A stretch of 64,000 bases of DNA from Cycas panzhihuaensis (taxonomy: Eukaryota > Plantae > Cycadophyta). Below, in pieces: positions 1 to 13,344 of this stretch; position 1 is the stretch's first letter; each line of letters starts with the position of its first letter. A program made the position numbers and the translations under genes. The notes under the pieces are model-generated. The model did no database searches, was not told the origin of the DNA, and worked only from the letters and a program-made list of their open reading frames with translations. The stretch is from the NCBI GenBank assembly GCA_023213395.1, contig CM041465.1:192455741-192519740 (forward strand), in the 5' to 3' direction.

Positions 1-240
1 GTCCGTGCGTCAGAAGCTTCGAAGCTTCTCTTTGGTCCCGCATCGCCGTGCGTTTCGCTTTAGTTTAGTTTCTCGCTGCCGGTACGTATCGTATTACGCA
101 CTGTCACACGCAAATGCCTTTGTCATACGTGCCGGAATGCTAGTTTTTCCACTGTTTCGCCTCGTGCATACCTCCGTACGATCCGTACCTGCACATTTAG
201 GGTTATCCAGCCTACCTCTGGTCTTCCAACAGCCATATGA
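1..240. promoter_or_regulatory. CpG-rich island, probable promoter or 5' end of a gene lying mostly outside the window
   Basis: Many CG dinucleotides versus strong CpG depletion elsewhere. Perfect 18-bp palindrome AGAAGCTTCGAAGCTTCT at 12-29; telo-box-like TTTAGGGTT near 196-204; donor-like CG|GTACGT near 81. Orientation unresolved. Confidence 0.4.
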
Positions 241-1639
241 TCAATTTATGCCCCAACAGAAAACACCTCATTATAGAGATTTATTTTAACTTTAAGTTAT
301 AAAATCAAAACATAAATGTCGTTTAAGAGGTGGCCTCCCAATTGTTAATGATGAGGCTTACTTCTCCCACAAGCCACCTCTTCCTCCTCATACTCTTCTA
401 TATAAACGTATAGAGAGTTTAGCAAAGAATCTATCATTAAAAGGTGGACACGTTGCTGGAATAGGAAATGGAGAGAGAGAGTGGAAGCATGCTAAGATAT
501 TGCATCAATCCTTCTATACTAATTCAACTTATATTTTCCAATCAGTGAGTCAAGTATGGATTACATCATGAAGGTATCATTCTTAATTGATAATTCTCCA
601 TGAAAAAGGTACGTACTAGCAAACACCAAGTTATAAACATGATTGATTTCTATTTATCATCTTGGTTTGATTAAATACCAATAACTTTTATGTAGGGATA
701 GTATTGGGCATTAAATAATGATAAATATTCATCATTTAATGCTTTTCTAATGATTTCCAAGCTTTAAAACCCTTGAAAATTAATTATTAAATGAATAGGC
801 CAAATCATACAATTGTATGAAAATCTATGCAGCCTAGCATAGGCCTATACATCATAGGCATACAAACTTATTGCACAAGTTTCAGGTCAATTAGATAAGA
901 GAGGACCAAGTTATGCCCATTTTAGTAAAAATTTTTTGAAAAATCTACGTTTAACTAAGAAGTAAAGGACTATTTAAATAGGGATTGTACTAACCTGTTA
1001 ACATGGAAAAGTTGTAAAGTCTCCATTTAGCTATCAAATCCAAAATTGTACTTGGATTGTGAAAAATAATACTCTTTTGAAAAACTAGAATACTTTTTTA
1101 GAGGGAAAAGTGAAGTAAGAATTAATGAAATAAGTAGCCAAATTTATGATGCATTAGTGATTGAGAATTAATTATTTCCATATCTGCACATGGTTGGAAA
1201 ACACACTAAATATGGTAAGAAATCAATTAATATGACTAAAATTGTTACTTCCTGTCATACAATAAGTTATTCCAATTGTAGAAAATAAGTGAAATGGTGT
1301 ATATATAATTTTGAGATGGCATATTATTGTTGAATGCATAAAGTCTCTTCAATGCATTATTGTTTTTGGAGGTTATGGTTATTAGAAATATAGATAAATG
1401 AAGGAACTATAGGAAGAGGAAATAACAAGAATCATTAGTGAATAGCACTTGCATTTAATGCATTATTAGAATGCAAGTACTTAAATGTTTATGTTGCTAG
1501 AAATTCCTTATGATATATTGTTTTAAATAATTCTAGAAATTGTATGGTTTTACTACAATAAATGATAGATGATTGCAATGATATGCAATTAGGTGAACAT
1601 CCAATTTACCTTGATATAATGAAAGCGCTTTCTTGGATG

Positions 1640-4484
1640 TTAAACATGGGTGAACACATGAATGAAATCCAAGGACGAAAATGGAACCCCAAATAGAATT
1701 GAACCTTAAAATAGACTTGCAAAACCCTAACTACTCAATGTGTTTCTTCAAATCGAGCCATTGAGTAGTTGTGCCCCTTAGCATGTGTTGCTTCAGGAGG
1801 ACCCATTGGATGGTTAAGTGATCCTGAAAGATTGTGGTGAACCTTTTTGCATGTGTTGTTTGAAAGGTAATGCACAAGTAGTTCATGAGCACAAGGTTCT
1901 TATGTTCTCTTTCTTGTACAAGATGGAAAAGAGGCATAACCTTAAACATTGCTTTGTTTAAATGAGCCTTAAACAATGTTAACCAGAACTTTTGAATACA
2001 GGGATGCTTCCAACCTTCTTCCTATACAAGATCAAAGAGAAGTATAATTATAGTCATATGAATTAAAACCATGATAATGGAATGGAATGAGAATGTTCAT
2101 TTATGTAGAATAGCCAAAGGATACGATACAAGGTCCCCACTTGATTATGTGTTCCAAGGGAAAAGAAACTCCATATGTAAGTCCATAAATGTTTTAGCAA
2201 GAGGAGCATGATAATGCCTACAAGCAAGGTTGATGCATCATTGAGGATAGGTTCTCTAAATATGCTAACCAATTATCCACTTATGTAAATAAAGGTAAAA
2301 TGGAAAGATGTCCCCTCATTGAGGAAGTGGCCTCTTCTTTAAGAGAAGAATTACTCAGTACATCAAGAAGGGAGAATGCGGACTACAAAGGAGCAGTAGT
2401 TGATAACAATCATCATGTGTCCAAAATAAGACCTGGACACCATTCCTATATTTAGTGTGTGGAAACCCCACCATGGAGATGGGCATTACAAAGGTTGGTC
2501 GTGCCTCTCACGTTTCTAGCCTGGGGCTAGGGGTAATGCATATGGGAATGCCTTATGGTGGCTTATGACATGGATGATTTCTCATTCTAGACCTCAACAA
2601 AAGTCATATCTTTCCCATTGAGTCTAAATAATTACCACAATTCTCTTTAGTATTGTTGTATGATAACAATGGGCTTGTTACACCTGTCTTAGGCATCTCT
2701 AATTCACCATTTCAAGTGCCCATTTGACTGCCTTGCCAAATGAGCGACTATTGTGATAGAATATGTGTACATAACAATTAATGTAAAGCGGACCCTATTT
2801 ATGTGCCTAATATGTAGGAGAATATTCTCAAGAATAGTGAGTCAATGGATGTAAAATGTGATTATATTTGGCACTTAAGATCTATAAATATAGATCAAAG
2901 TCCAACTTTATGTATTATCATTAGATTGCAATAATGTGATTAATATTATTGTGGGTTTTCACTCGTAAGAATTTCCCATGGCAATCTGGTGTCCCGTGTG
3001 ATTTGTTTCTCCTATGATCTGCTTGATGTGAAAGATCCTGATCGACCTTGTTTGCTTACATTTGTGTTTCCCAACAGCAAATCTACCTGTGACCATCCCG
3101 ACCTCTAAGTTGGCCTTCATTCTACGTGCATTGCTAGGGGTTTTGCTCTTCATTTGTGCATTCTAGTTCTCTATTGCAATGCCTCTCAACTTGGGTTGGC
3201 ATTCGACATAGGTGATTGCAATATGTTTGGCTTACCATACCTCCTTTCATTCAATCATTTGGTTCTGCCCTCCTCAAACTACATCTTTTATTGTTTGCTA
3301 GCTCTTCGAACTCCTAACACGCCTTCTTCCACTTGTTGCTACCATTTGTAACGAGCTAGCCCACATTCTTTTCATTCCTTTGTCCATATCGCCCATTTGC
3401 CTTTGATTCATATTCCAAGTTGTCTTGGACTTTTCTCAAATTCATCAAACAAAATTATAAAAATTCCCTTTTTTTTATAAATATATATATTCTCTTTTGT
3501 TTTTTTAAAATCAAAACTTACAAAGTTTCTTTGCACTCCACCTTTTGGTTTTCAAAAAAATAAAACACATATAATATAAACTTCTTCACATTCTTCTCTG
3601 CAACTACTATGCAGATCTGTAGTGCAACGGGATTATATAGACATACGATTTTTTTCATATTTCTTTTTTTTTTTTTTAAACAAACCCTTCAATTTCTTTT
3701 CTTTTAAAAATACTAAATGCTCTATTTTTTTATGCATATATATATCACTTTTTTTTACTCAAAACCTTGAGGGTTTGTACAACTAGCTATTGTTGAAAAA
3801 AGGAGAGATTTCTCTCATTTTTCATTCAACAAGCTTCATTTTTGTTCCTCTTCTTTGTTGGCTACTCTACTCTTGACCCACAAACAAATTTTTTTCTTAC
3901 ATGAATAGAGTCATTTTTTGCCTTTAGACAACCAAAAAACCCTCCTTCAACTACTTTATGCAACTCCTTTGCAACTTGCCCACTATCTTACAAAGAGTTT
4001 GCCATACACCAATTGAATATGCTTACTTTTAACAAAAAAACAACAATGTATCTTGAAAGAATGTGTGAACTTCAGCACGACATCCTACATGCAATTTTGT
4101 TTGGCGCCACATGCATACAATTAGTCCATTATTCATCTTCAAAATACTTGTGAGCAACTTCAAAACATGGCCTCTTGCTTCACATAAAATTCTACTACAA
4201 AAATGCTTATTAGCAACTTCAAACATGCCCCAAAATCTTCATAGACTTGCAATACAATTAGCCCCTCAAAAAATGCAAATATCTTCACAATATTTTTCCC
4301 CTAAATGACTTCAACACGAGACCCAAAATGGCTTTAAAGACTCTTCATAATGTAGGTTACAAAACTTGCACAAAATAAGTTTCCATAAAAACACCAAATC
4401 CATGAAATAATGGCTCTAAAAGATGAAATGAACTAGGCTCTAAACCACCCTTCCCAAGGGATTGAACCTTGGGCTTTGATACAA
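1640..4484 (-). mobile_element. Heavily deleted Ty3/Gypsy remnant (integrase, RNase H and gag fragments, tRNA-Met-type PBS)
   Basis: Minus-strand integrase-like (1650-1950) and RNase H-like (2000-2600) fragments with many stops. Degenerate PBS complement GCTTTGATACAA at 4473-4484 is extended by a tRNA T-arm-like hairpin CCCAAGG..CCTTGGG. A probable 5' LTR starts near 4488. Confidence 0.5.
2754..3076 (+). mobile_element. Isolated LTR of the element A family (323 bp)
   Basis: TG...CA ends. Reverse-complement similarity along its length to the LTRs at 9364-9687 and 13021-13344, including GATCTATAAATATAGATC. Flanks TATTG/GCAAA do not form a TSD. Confidence 0.8.
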
Positions 4485-7048
4485 CAATGTTGGCTTTGAT
4501 AGTACAATATTGAATATTGGCATGAAGCTCCGACACCATGAAGTTGGGTGAATGATTGCAGAAACTAATCACAAGGTGAATGGATCCAACATGGAGATAA
4601 ATATGGACAAGGAGGTGAGTGAAAGATGAATCAAATGAGATACAATAGGGTAAAATAAGTACAAGCATGAAGTACAAAGAATATGAAAGAATGGCCAAAT
4701 TTCGTCTTATTCAAAGAATTATGTATCTTTATAATACATCTTACCTCAAGTGGAGAACTGTCAAAGTCAACCTTTGTGTGTTGTTACACATTCCAAGTGG
4801 CACACATAACTAGGTGACTTTAATATAAAATTGATGAATAATGAGTGTGTGTGAACGGGATTTGGGATAACATCAAAGGTAATTGGATATTACTATTCAA
4901 CACAAATGTTATACAAACTAGTGGATAGACAATTAGATTGTTGTTGTAATTTTCGTAATTTGCATTTTAAACAATTTTGGCCTGATTTTCTACACAATTA
5001 GAATAAATGCATACATCATCAACTCTAAGAGCCAACATAGTTACCCTTCAAGAACTAAGAGCAAAAGTCCAAGAACTCAATATAGGAGAGTAATTCTACT
5101 TTGCAATTTGAGATCTCTCAATTAAAAAGTAAACAAGAGCAAATCTCTACCAAATAGCACACTATCCATTTAGATATGGTAAAGAAACAAGTCTATATTG
5201 GGAAATAGGTTATAAAGCAAGATTAGCAGGTATAGGTGGTAAAAAGGAAGGAAAAACCAACCATTGTAAAAATGGTTATTCAAGGCAAATTTGATGGGAA
5301 AGGGATCATAAAAAATTAACCATTAAATCTTCAAAATTGAAATCTCCCAAAACGCGACAATCCCATGGAGGTTACTAATAGTTTGTTGGAGATCTCTCTT
5401 TAAAATGCTCAAATATCTTTTGATTCCACTTCTAATCAGATTCAATAATACTTCTGATAGATTGATAGTCTTGAGAAATAAAAGGAACTATTTACATTGC
5501 CAAACAATATTTACTTAGATGAGAGCCTCAAACAATTCTAGGTAGAGAATTAAACAAAGTGAAAACAAGTAGTTGAAGCCAAAAATAATAACAAACGGAC
5601 TGCTATTCAAAATGGAAAAGCATGGTTCCAAGACTCTCCCCATGTAGATGGGACAAACCATGGTCTCAATCTAACTGATGCCAAAAACTTTAGGGAGATA
5701 ATTTCTTAGGAGATATTACTATAGCACGTGGAAAATAAAATGGTATGATTCAAACTACAACATGTATAGTTCAAGATGCTATTATGGAACAAGACTTCAT
5801 CTTCTTCACAAAGACCCATGAGACTCCAAAATGATCTTTTCCTCCCATTATAAGATATTTTTGGTTATCCACCTAAAGGTATGAAACCAAACAATATGAT
5901 GATTTTAGAGAATTGGGTAGTGTAACTAGTCTTATCTGAAACCACCTCCGGTATATTGTTTCATTGACTGCATCATATAAACAATTTAGATTCCTATGAA
6001 TATGACTTCATAGGGATCTCAATCAGAAGATGTCTGCATTGTTATGTGCTACTTTCCACCATCATCATTAGAGCTTGCTATCCATGTGGATTATTAATTC
6101 ATATCTGATTTATCACTATCTTGAGTTTCATTCACGCGAAATAACAAACACCTAAAAACATTGATGAGAAATAGATGAGTTGAATGGAAAGCGAGTTTTA
6201 TGAATTGAAGATGACCTACACACCACTACTATGTCTTCACACTTGATTGCCACTCAAAAAAGCATGCCACTAATCCACCCTTGAATTGCTCTAATTGGTT
6301 GGATAAGGTGCCACAACAATAGAAGACTAAAATTGGTTGAAAATTTGACCAAAATTTACTCAAATATATTATGATAAACTAATTAAAAAATTACTAAAAT
6401 ATGGTGCAATTTCAATCAATAACTTGCTCTTTGCAATCCTTTGCATGTATTTTAGTACAACTTTTCTTAATCCACATGAAAAACCACTTTTTTGTCTTTT
6501 TGTACCTGAACTTTTTCATGTCCACCAAAGCCACCTATATTTTTAGAACTGCCATTATTTTTCCTCTTTGACTACTTTATGATGATTTTGAGCCCAAATT
6601 CAAAATCTAGATTTATGAAACAATGGAAGACACAAAGATGCCTTTCCATAAGTTTTAGTCAAATTTGAAGTCCATTTGATTAGGATTTTTAGATAATTAG
6701 TAGCAATAAATCCCCCAAAAAAATCCCTGTGGGACCCATTGAGTGATTATTATCTAAACAATGATGCATCAAACATAAAAATCTAATTTGAGAAGTCTAT
6801 GATATACATATAGATAAATGTTATAGCCAATTTTCATGTGATTTTAACCCTCGTTTCACTAGCTTTCTACAAAAGCATATATTATGGCCTATCTCATAAA
6901 ACAATTGAATGCACTAATAGTATATGATGTGAACTAACTTGACATTTTTGAGAGTAGGAATGAAATACAAACTTGCAAACTAAACTAAGGTGGTGTTCAT
7001 ATCCATCAAAAGAGGATTTATTGATGAGTAAAGACATAAATACCTGTA

Positions 7049-7670
7049 TGTAGTGGATTTGGCTTCAGGATGCTTGAGAATGGTCAAGGATGTTTCTAGG
7101 AATGGTTATGAAGGAGATCCAACAAAGAAAATGGTGATAACAACTAAAAAGCAGCTAAGGAATGATTCTAGAATGGTTTTGGGAAGTTTCTGGAACACAA
7201 GGGACAGTAGTAGGTCAAGAAACTCGCTCTCACGGAATAGTTTTCAATAGATGCTGGAATGGTTTTGTAAGTAGTGGAATGCTTCTAAATCAACAAATGC
7301 TTCTTGGAATGGTTTTGTGCTGAGACTTTAGGAAAGACGCTTGTACGGATGTATGAAGCAACACTTGTTAGTCATTAACTAGGATTTTGTGTTATGAAGA
7401 ATCAAAAGATTTGATTGTAAATTTGTACCTTTTGGGGTTTTGGCCATGTAAAAGCATATAAATAGGTCATTCTCCCATTGGTTCAATGGTGAGAATCGGA
7501 CATTGAAAACGATGTAATGTCCTATGAGCATATTCAGTGTTGATTAATGAAATATATGAGTTATGAAGAAAAATCTTGTGCATTCTACGTGACTAATGAT
7601 TGGTTGTATATGTTGTGAATGAATATGTTGCATCCATGATGAATATTATAAAGTTGATATATTTGCTACA
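7049..7670 (+). mobile_element. Candidate 5' LTR of the Gypsy element whose internal region resumes at 25936
   Basis: TGTAG...CTACA inverted termini, TATAAATA near 7457, repeated GAATGGTTTT motifs in U3. No partner LTR found, so the link to the downstream gag is inferred. Confidence 0.5.
7160..7196. promoter_or_regulatory. Heat-shock-element-like cluster in an LTR U3
   Basis: Perfect nGAAnnTTCnnGAAn at 7182-7196 (gGAAgtTTCtgGAAc) and TTCtaGAA at 7166-7173. Confidence 0.45.
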
Positions 7671-9363
7671 ATCCACTTAAGTGCAACTGACATCAAAGAC
7701 TAAGGAAGACACATGGCAGCTATTGTTGAAAATATAACAAAACAGATCAATTGGACATATGAATATATAATAAAACACATATACATGAAGTGATAATAGA
7801 TGTAAATAATAAATGAACAAGCTAAAGAATGAAATATGTATATACACATAAGACAATAAAGCTTGTGGGAAATGATCATCTCCAATTATTGCATTAGGTA
7901 TGAATACATACATATAGTATATAGCCACCTCATACTTGTCCAATCACATGTAAGAACCCTTATGGCCACCTGTGGTACATGTACACGAATAAGTGTGCAC
8001 CACCTTGTATTGCACACAACTTAATATATCCCAATCTAATATTCCTATGAGAGAATCTAATATTCCTATGAGAGAGTTAAGGGAGACTCCTTAACATTAA
8101 CATTAACTAATTAAACATTATCTCTAACATTAACATCATAGGATGTGACTTCTTAAAAACCAAAAAATAACTCTTTCTTCAAGTATTTTTAATTAATATG
8201 GGTTCTTTAGTGCTTCAAAAATATATTAAGCTTACTTTCCTTGATTAAAATATGCTTGACATCAAGCTCAAAAGATGTCATAGCTCAGTTCGACGGTGGT
8301 GAAATAATGAAACCAACGTACCTGACGACACCTAGATTTGACATTCCAGTGAAGAAATATCAAAGAAACAATGCTTGTAGGATATCCAAAAAAAAAAAGG
8401 TAAACCGCTTAAACCCTTTTATGAATAGCTCCAAGTCACATGCTAATCTTCATAAAACCTCATCACAGACTTCACATAATATTGAAAATAACTAAATCTC
8501 TTATTATAATGTTTAAAACATTATAATCTCAAAAAAAAATTGTATCAAAATGCGATAGTAGAGATTTATTTGATTTTTCATGTTTTCTCTGCAGACATCC
8601 TTATTATTGTAATCAAAACCCTTGATGTCGTTCAAATAGAAACCCTCAACCTGCAAATATCAATGGTATGGGGAAGGCAATCGTTGGCAACTAGGAACAT
8701 ATCAACCTACCATGACATGACACCACGGAGACAAATAGATGGAGAGCCACGAGGAAACAAGACACCCTAGCTCTGCCATGTGGATGCACTAAAAGCCAGT
8801 TGCCCAAATATAGACGCATGAAAGTAGACGTATATAGACTAGTTTTCTAGAATATGCACCTCTATGACGTCTTTAATGTGCACATAAGCCTAAACTTGAG
8901 TCCCTGTAAAAGTTGGCATTGCAAAGACACCCGGATGCACCAAATTTAAGATCTCGAACACAAGATGAATTGAGGCCACAATTTGCTGAGACAGACAAGA
9001 GGGTTCAGGTAGAGAAAACCACTATATCTCTAGACCATTGGTCCACTACATTGCAAGCAAAGCTGAGTCAAAATTGACAATGCTTGTGTAAACCTTGCAC
9101 CCACAGTTCCATATGTGTATTTTAAAAGAGAAGGGGGAATCGCCCACCACAAATGTGCAACACAAAATATTGCAACACATCTTGGCTGCTTTGACTTGAT
9201 CAATGTACCTTTAACTTGATCATCGTACTTGAAGCCATAAAGAATATGATCCTATAAGAAGCAATGTGGGCTCTTTATGATTTTTCTCTCCTTCACAATT
9301 AAGCCGAATTGCAAACTATGAGAACTCATTGATGATAGAATTAATGATTTATTCATTAATTCC

Positions 9364-12300
9364 TGTTAGAAAATGCAACTGAAGCAAACAAGGTCGACAT
9401 GATCTTTCACATCAGGCAGATAACAAGCAGAAATAGATCGCACGAGACACCATGCTGCCGTGAGAAACCCTTACGGGTGAAAACCCACAAATGAATAATA
9501 TTCACATTATGACAAAATGATGTTACCTCAAAGATGGACTTTGATCTATATTTATAGATCTAAAGTGCCAAATATAAGTACAAATACATCCATTAGGTCA
9601 CCACAATCGAGATTATTCCACCACATAATTAGGCATAAAAATAAGAGGCCCACTTTACATTAGGTGGTACGGTCACATATTTTAACATCCCCTCTTAATG
9701 TAAATGTGGGGCAACAAGGATTATCATTGAGAATAAATCCCCTCTCAAGGATAACCTTACTCAACCCAATATGCACAAATGTCGATGTAGTGATCTTCAC
9801 TCGGATGTAATGGTGCCATGTCTCGTATGTGCTCAATTCTTTGGAAATGCTCCAACAAACCTGCAACCATACAACTCTCTCTGCACCTGACACTTTGTCC
9901 ATTCCAATCAACCATATTCCTCTGACTAAACTAAGAGGATGAGCCACTTAAGCCATGTGAATCGCCTCTTCAGGTCTTCGTTAAAGAACATTGATATGAT
10001 ACGATACGATACCCAACTATCTGAAGCTGCTGAAGTAAAGATCAAACGGACCAAAAACATAGAGACTGGTGCTAAATATCTCATCATACCTTAATCCTTC
10101 TTCCTGCTAGGGATCACTTGTGCAAAAGACTTACCAACTTGCAAATCGACCAGGTACTTACTTCAATACAACTCTCCATCGTAAATCTATACTCATTGGA
10201 ACATTGGTATCTATCTCAAGCTTTGATTGACATGCTGATCCATAATCTTCCATCATCCTGCAGGTCTTCAACTGTCAACAGAACATGGGGTTGCAATCCA
10301 TGTCTCATCATCTAACAGCTCCTCATCATCAATCTGTCACTAAATCACCTTAGTCTCAAGCACAATGTTAGGCAAACAAACCTCCACACCTGCTGAATAA
10401 CGACTCGGAAAAGTGAAGCAATGAAGGATAAAACCTATAACCAAATGACACTCAGCATGATACATCAACAACTCTATAATATCTAGTCTGATCACAATGC
10501 ATTTCCCCTGTAGATCACACTGTTTGTAAGCTTAACAACCCATATGCTTCAAACGCTTGCAATCCTGCTGCTGCAATCTTCGTCTAAGATGTGTGCACTC
10601 CAATGCACCAAGGGAACAAATGGAAGGCTTCTGACTTGGTCCAAACACAACATATGAGGGGAAATTATGCCACGAACAGTCACAACAGGGGTACCCATAC
10701 TTGTCCACTACAGCTTTTGCCAACAAACCATGGGAGGCAAACCAAAACATGCACCAACCTCACCATCTGCATCATGATATTCACCCATAATGCAACCTAA
10801 CAAGCCAACTATACATACCGTGACAAAGATATAACTGATTTTAAGGCTTCTCGTCTTAGACCTTTCCATTCACACTTCAAATTTCATCAAACACTATGTC
10901 TCGATTCCACATCAGACTTGTTTAGATATGCACCCATGTTGAACCAGCATCAAACAAGGCCACAAACCTCATGCTATCATCAATCCAACTAGCAAAGTAT
11001 AACGGTCCAACAACCATTCATACAAACAAATTCTGAACATCATCACCTCATATACATTTGATGCAACTGAACTCAAATATAATCATGAATGAATCACTCC
11101 TTTTCATAAAATTATAAATTTTGTGCAATGATCAATGCCACACTCAAAACAGTAATAGAGTTTGTATTAAGTTGCAATTTAGGTATCTCAAACATGCTCT
11201 TCTTCTACTTCTCGCCAATTATCGCCCTCATTCAGCCCATCAAACTCACCCTTAAAACTTGCTTAATTCTCACCCTCAAACATGCCCAATCATGCTCTTC
11301 TCTTGCCCATAAACCATCTTGTCACCAATGCTCTCTCATATAACCATATGCAAAAGAGCTTCAAATGTGGCCTAATATTGCCCATCAATTCTCTCATGTA
11401 AAGAGGTAACTAGTCACCAACATCGCCCATCTTACTCTCCCATGTAATCACATGCTAGAGAGTATCAATTTACCTCAACTGTTGCCTCATATTATTGCTA
11501 GTGAAATGTGCCTCATGCACTCTTTTCACCTTAAATTCAATGCCATTGAATCATCATCAAGTCACTCTATATATACCTCATGTTACCAATAAATGAAACT
11601 TTATATATGTACACCCTTTGCAAAAGTAACTTAAACAAGAAGTTTCTATAAAGTTTCAATATAGCAACATAATATCAAAGGCAAATAATAATGCACAATG
11701 ATATAATAACATTGGTAACATTATAAGGAATAATTAAAATGACCTTAATAAAAAGGCATCAAAGATTGCAACTTCATATATATCAATGGACCGATTTAAT
11801 ATGGGCAACTTATATCGAAATTTTTGAATTGTCAAATGCCATTACCGACGACGGCGGTTGTAACGATGATGTCGGGCGACATCAACCGAGCGCACTATGT
11901 AAAAGCGACATCACAATCGATACTAACGGTGGCGTCCAATGACCATGGGCGAATACAGAACGTTGGACAACATGCGAAGATAATGGAGATATCACCGACA
12001 ACCTCGACGCAGATAGATGTACTATACGCGAGCAATTAGTCGACAGAAAAAATACATCACGCGAATGATTAATAGTCACGCAGGGCAATCTCCATACGCA
12101 GGGCAATTCATCACGTAAATGAATTCGGTGAACAAGTTTATAGATGAGCGACTTCGACTGCAATATCACGGCAAACAGAGAATAAACGGTGCAAATATAA
12201 ACTAGGGTGATATTTCAATCATAAACGGCCAATGAACAATCACGCATCATGCCAACATCTCATGTAGGCTGAATCAAATATCAATGGTGATGGCAAATAT

Positions 12301-13344
12301 TAACAATGTTTTAATATTTTCAGACTGAGGATAGTAGTTTAAGCGCAAGCTGATATATTATGTAGGGCGACCATATCACTGCATATACATATTCACCAGG
12401 ATGGCTTCATTCAACCAACAAATCAAACGGGTGATTATAATAGTCGATTTAAATATATATCATGCACTTAACATTCAATGTGCAACAATATAAATATGGC
12501 TGCATATATATTAACACACAGAAGACTGAGATTAAATGGTTAATATATCATGCATAGCCACTCAAACATACCAACAAATCCTAGATTTGTCAACAGGGTG
12601 AATATGTAATAAGCAAACCTTTAAATTAACCGTGATATTGATTTCACGACGTTACAACAGGCCTGCTAGGGTTTCTGCACTCTCCCACCGGCAACAGGGG
12701 CTGGCAATCAACTCTACGGCATCCAAACTCTATGGCAACGTCAAACCAGGATCTGGCACCTTTAGCAGACTCAAACGACTCTCACATGGCTGACAATGGA
12801 GTCAACGCTCGTCCACACATCTCCATGTAGTTCAAAATACCTGCAAACAATGGATAGAAGGCTCTCGAGAATCCACCATCAATCATCTGCACTACGTGGT
12901 TGTTTTGCAGAGTTATCGAGCACACCAATGCGGAAAGGGCAAGCCAGCATGACCTGGCACCATTGATTGGACTCTCACAACATGCATCTACCTGTGCACG
13001 ACCTACATGCTCTGATACCATGTTAGAAAACGTAACTGAAGCAAACAAGGTCGACAGGATCTTTCACATCAGGCAGATAACAAGCAAAAACAGATCGCAC
13101 GGGACACCATATTGCCGTGAGAAACCCTTACGGGTGAAAACCCACAAATGAATAATATTCACATTATGACAAAATGATGTTACCTCAAAGATGGACTTTG
13201 ATCTATATTTATAGATCTAAAGTGCCAAATATAAGTATAAATACATCCATTAGGTCACCACAATCGAGGCTATTCCACCACATAATTAAGCATAAAAATA
13301 GGAGGCCCACTTTACATTAGGTGGTATGGTCACATATTTTAACA
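9364..13344 (-). mobile_element. Element A: 4.0-kb non-autonomous Copia derivative inserted in the 5' LTR of B
   Basis: 324-bp LTRs (9364-9687, 13021-13344) differ at 14 sites. Perfect PBS complement GCTCTGATACCA at 13009-13020; PPT complement TCCCCTCTT from 9688. Only short eroded integrase, RT and RNase H remnants inside. No TSD (ATTCC/ATGTA). Confidence 0.9.

Noticed and set aside
12-29. Palindrome as a canonical heat-shock element
   Set aside because: The two GAAnnTTC dyads are 8 bp apart, out of phase for nGAAn arrays.
5-289. 94-aa ORF and the many other short ORFs in the track as host genes
   Set aside because: No recognisable domains; most are antisense to or fragments of TE coding regions, or chance frames in LTRs and microsatellites.
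1445-1482. Inverted repeat ACTTGCATT...AATGCAAGT as a miRNA precursor or MITE
   Set aside because: Too short, AT-rich, and no TSD or supporting context.
4453-4473. tRNA T-arm-like hairpin as a tRNA gene or SINE
   Set aside because: Better explained as an extended tRNA-Met PBS; no A box, cloverleaf or tail.
4900-7040. AT-rich stretch, possibly an old DNA transposon or LARD
   Set aside because: No termini, TSD or protein motif that I can support; left unannotated, as is 54400-55890.
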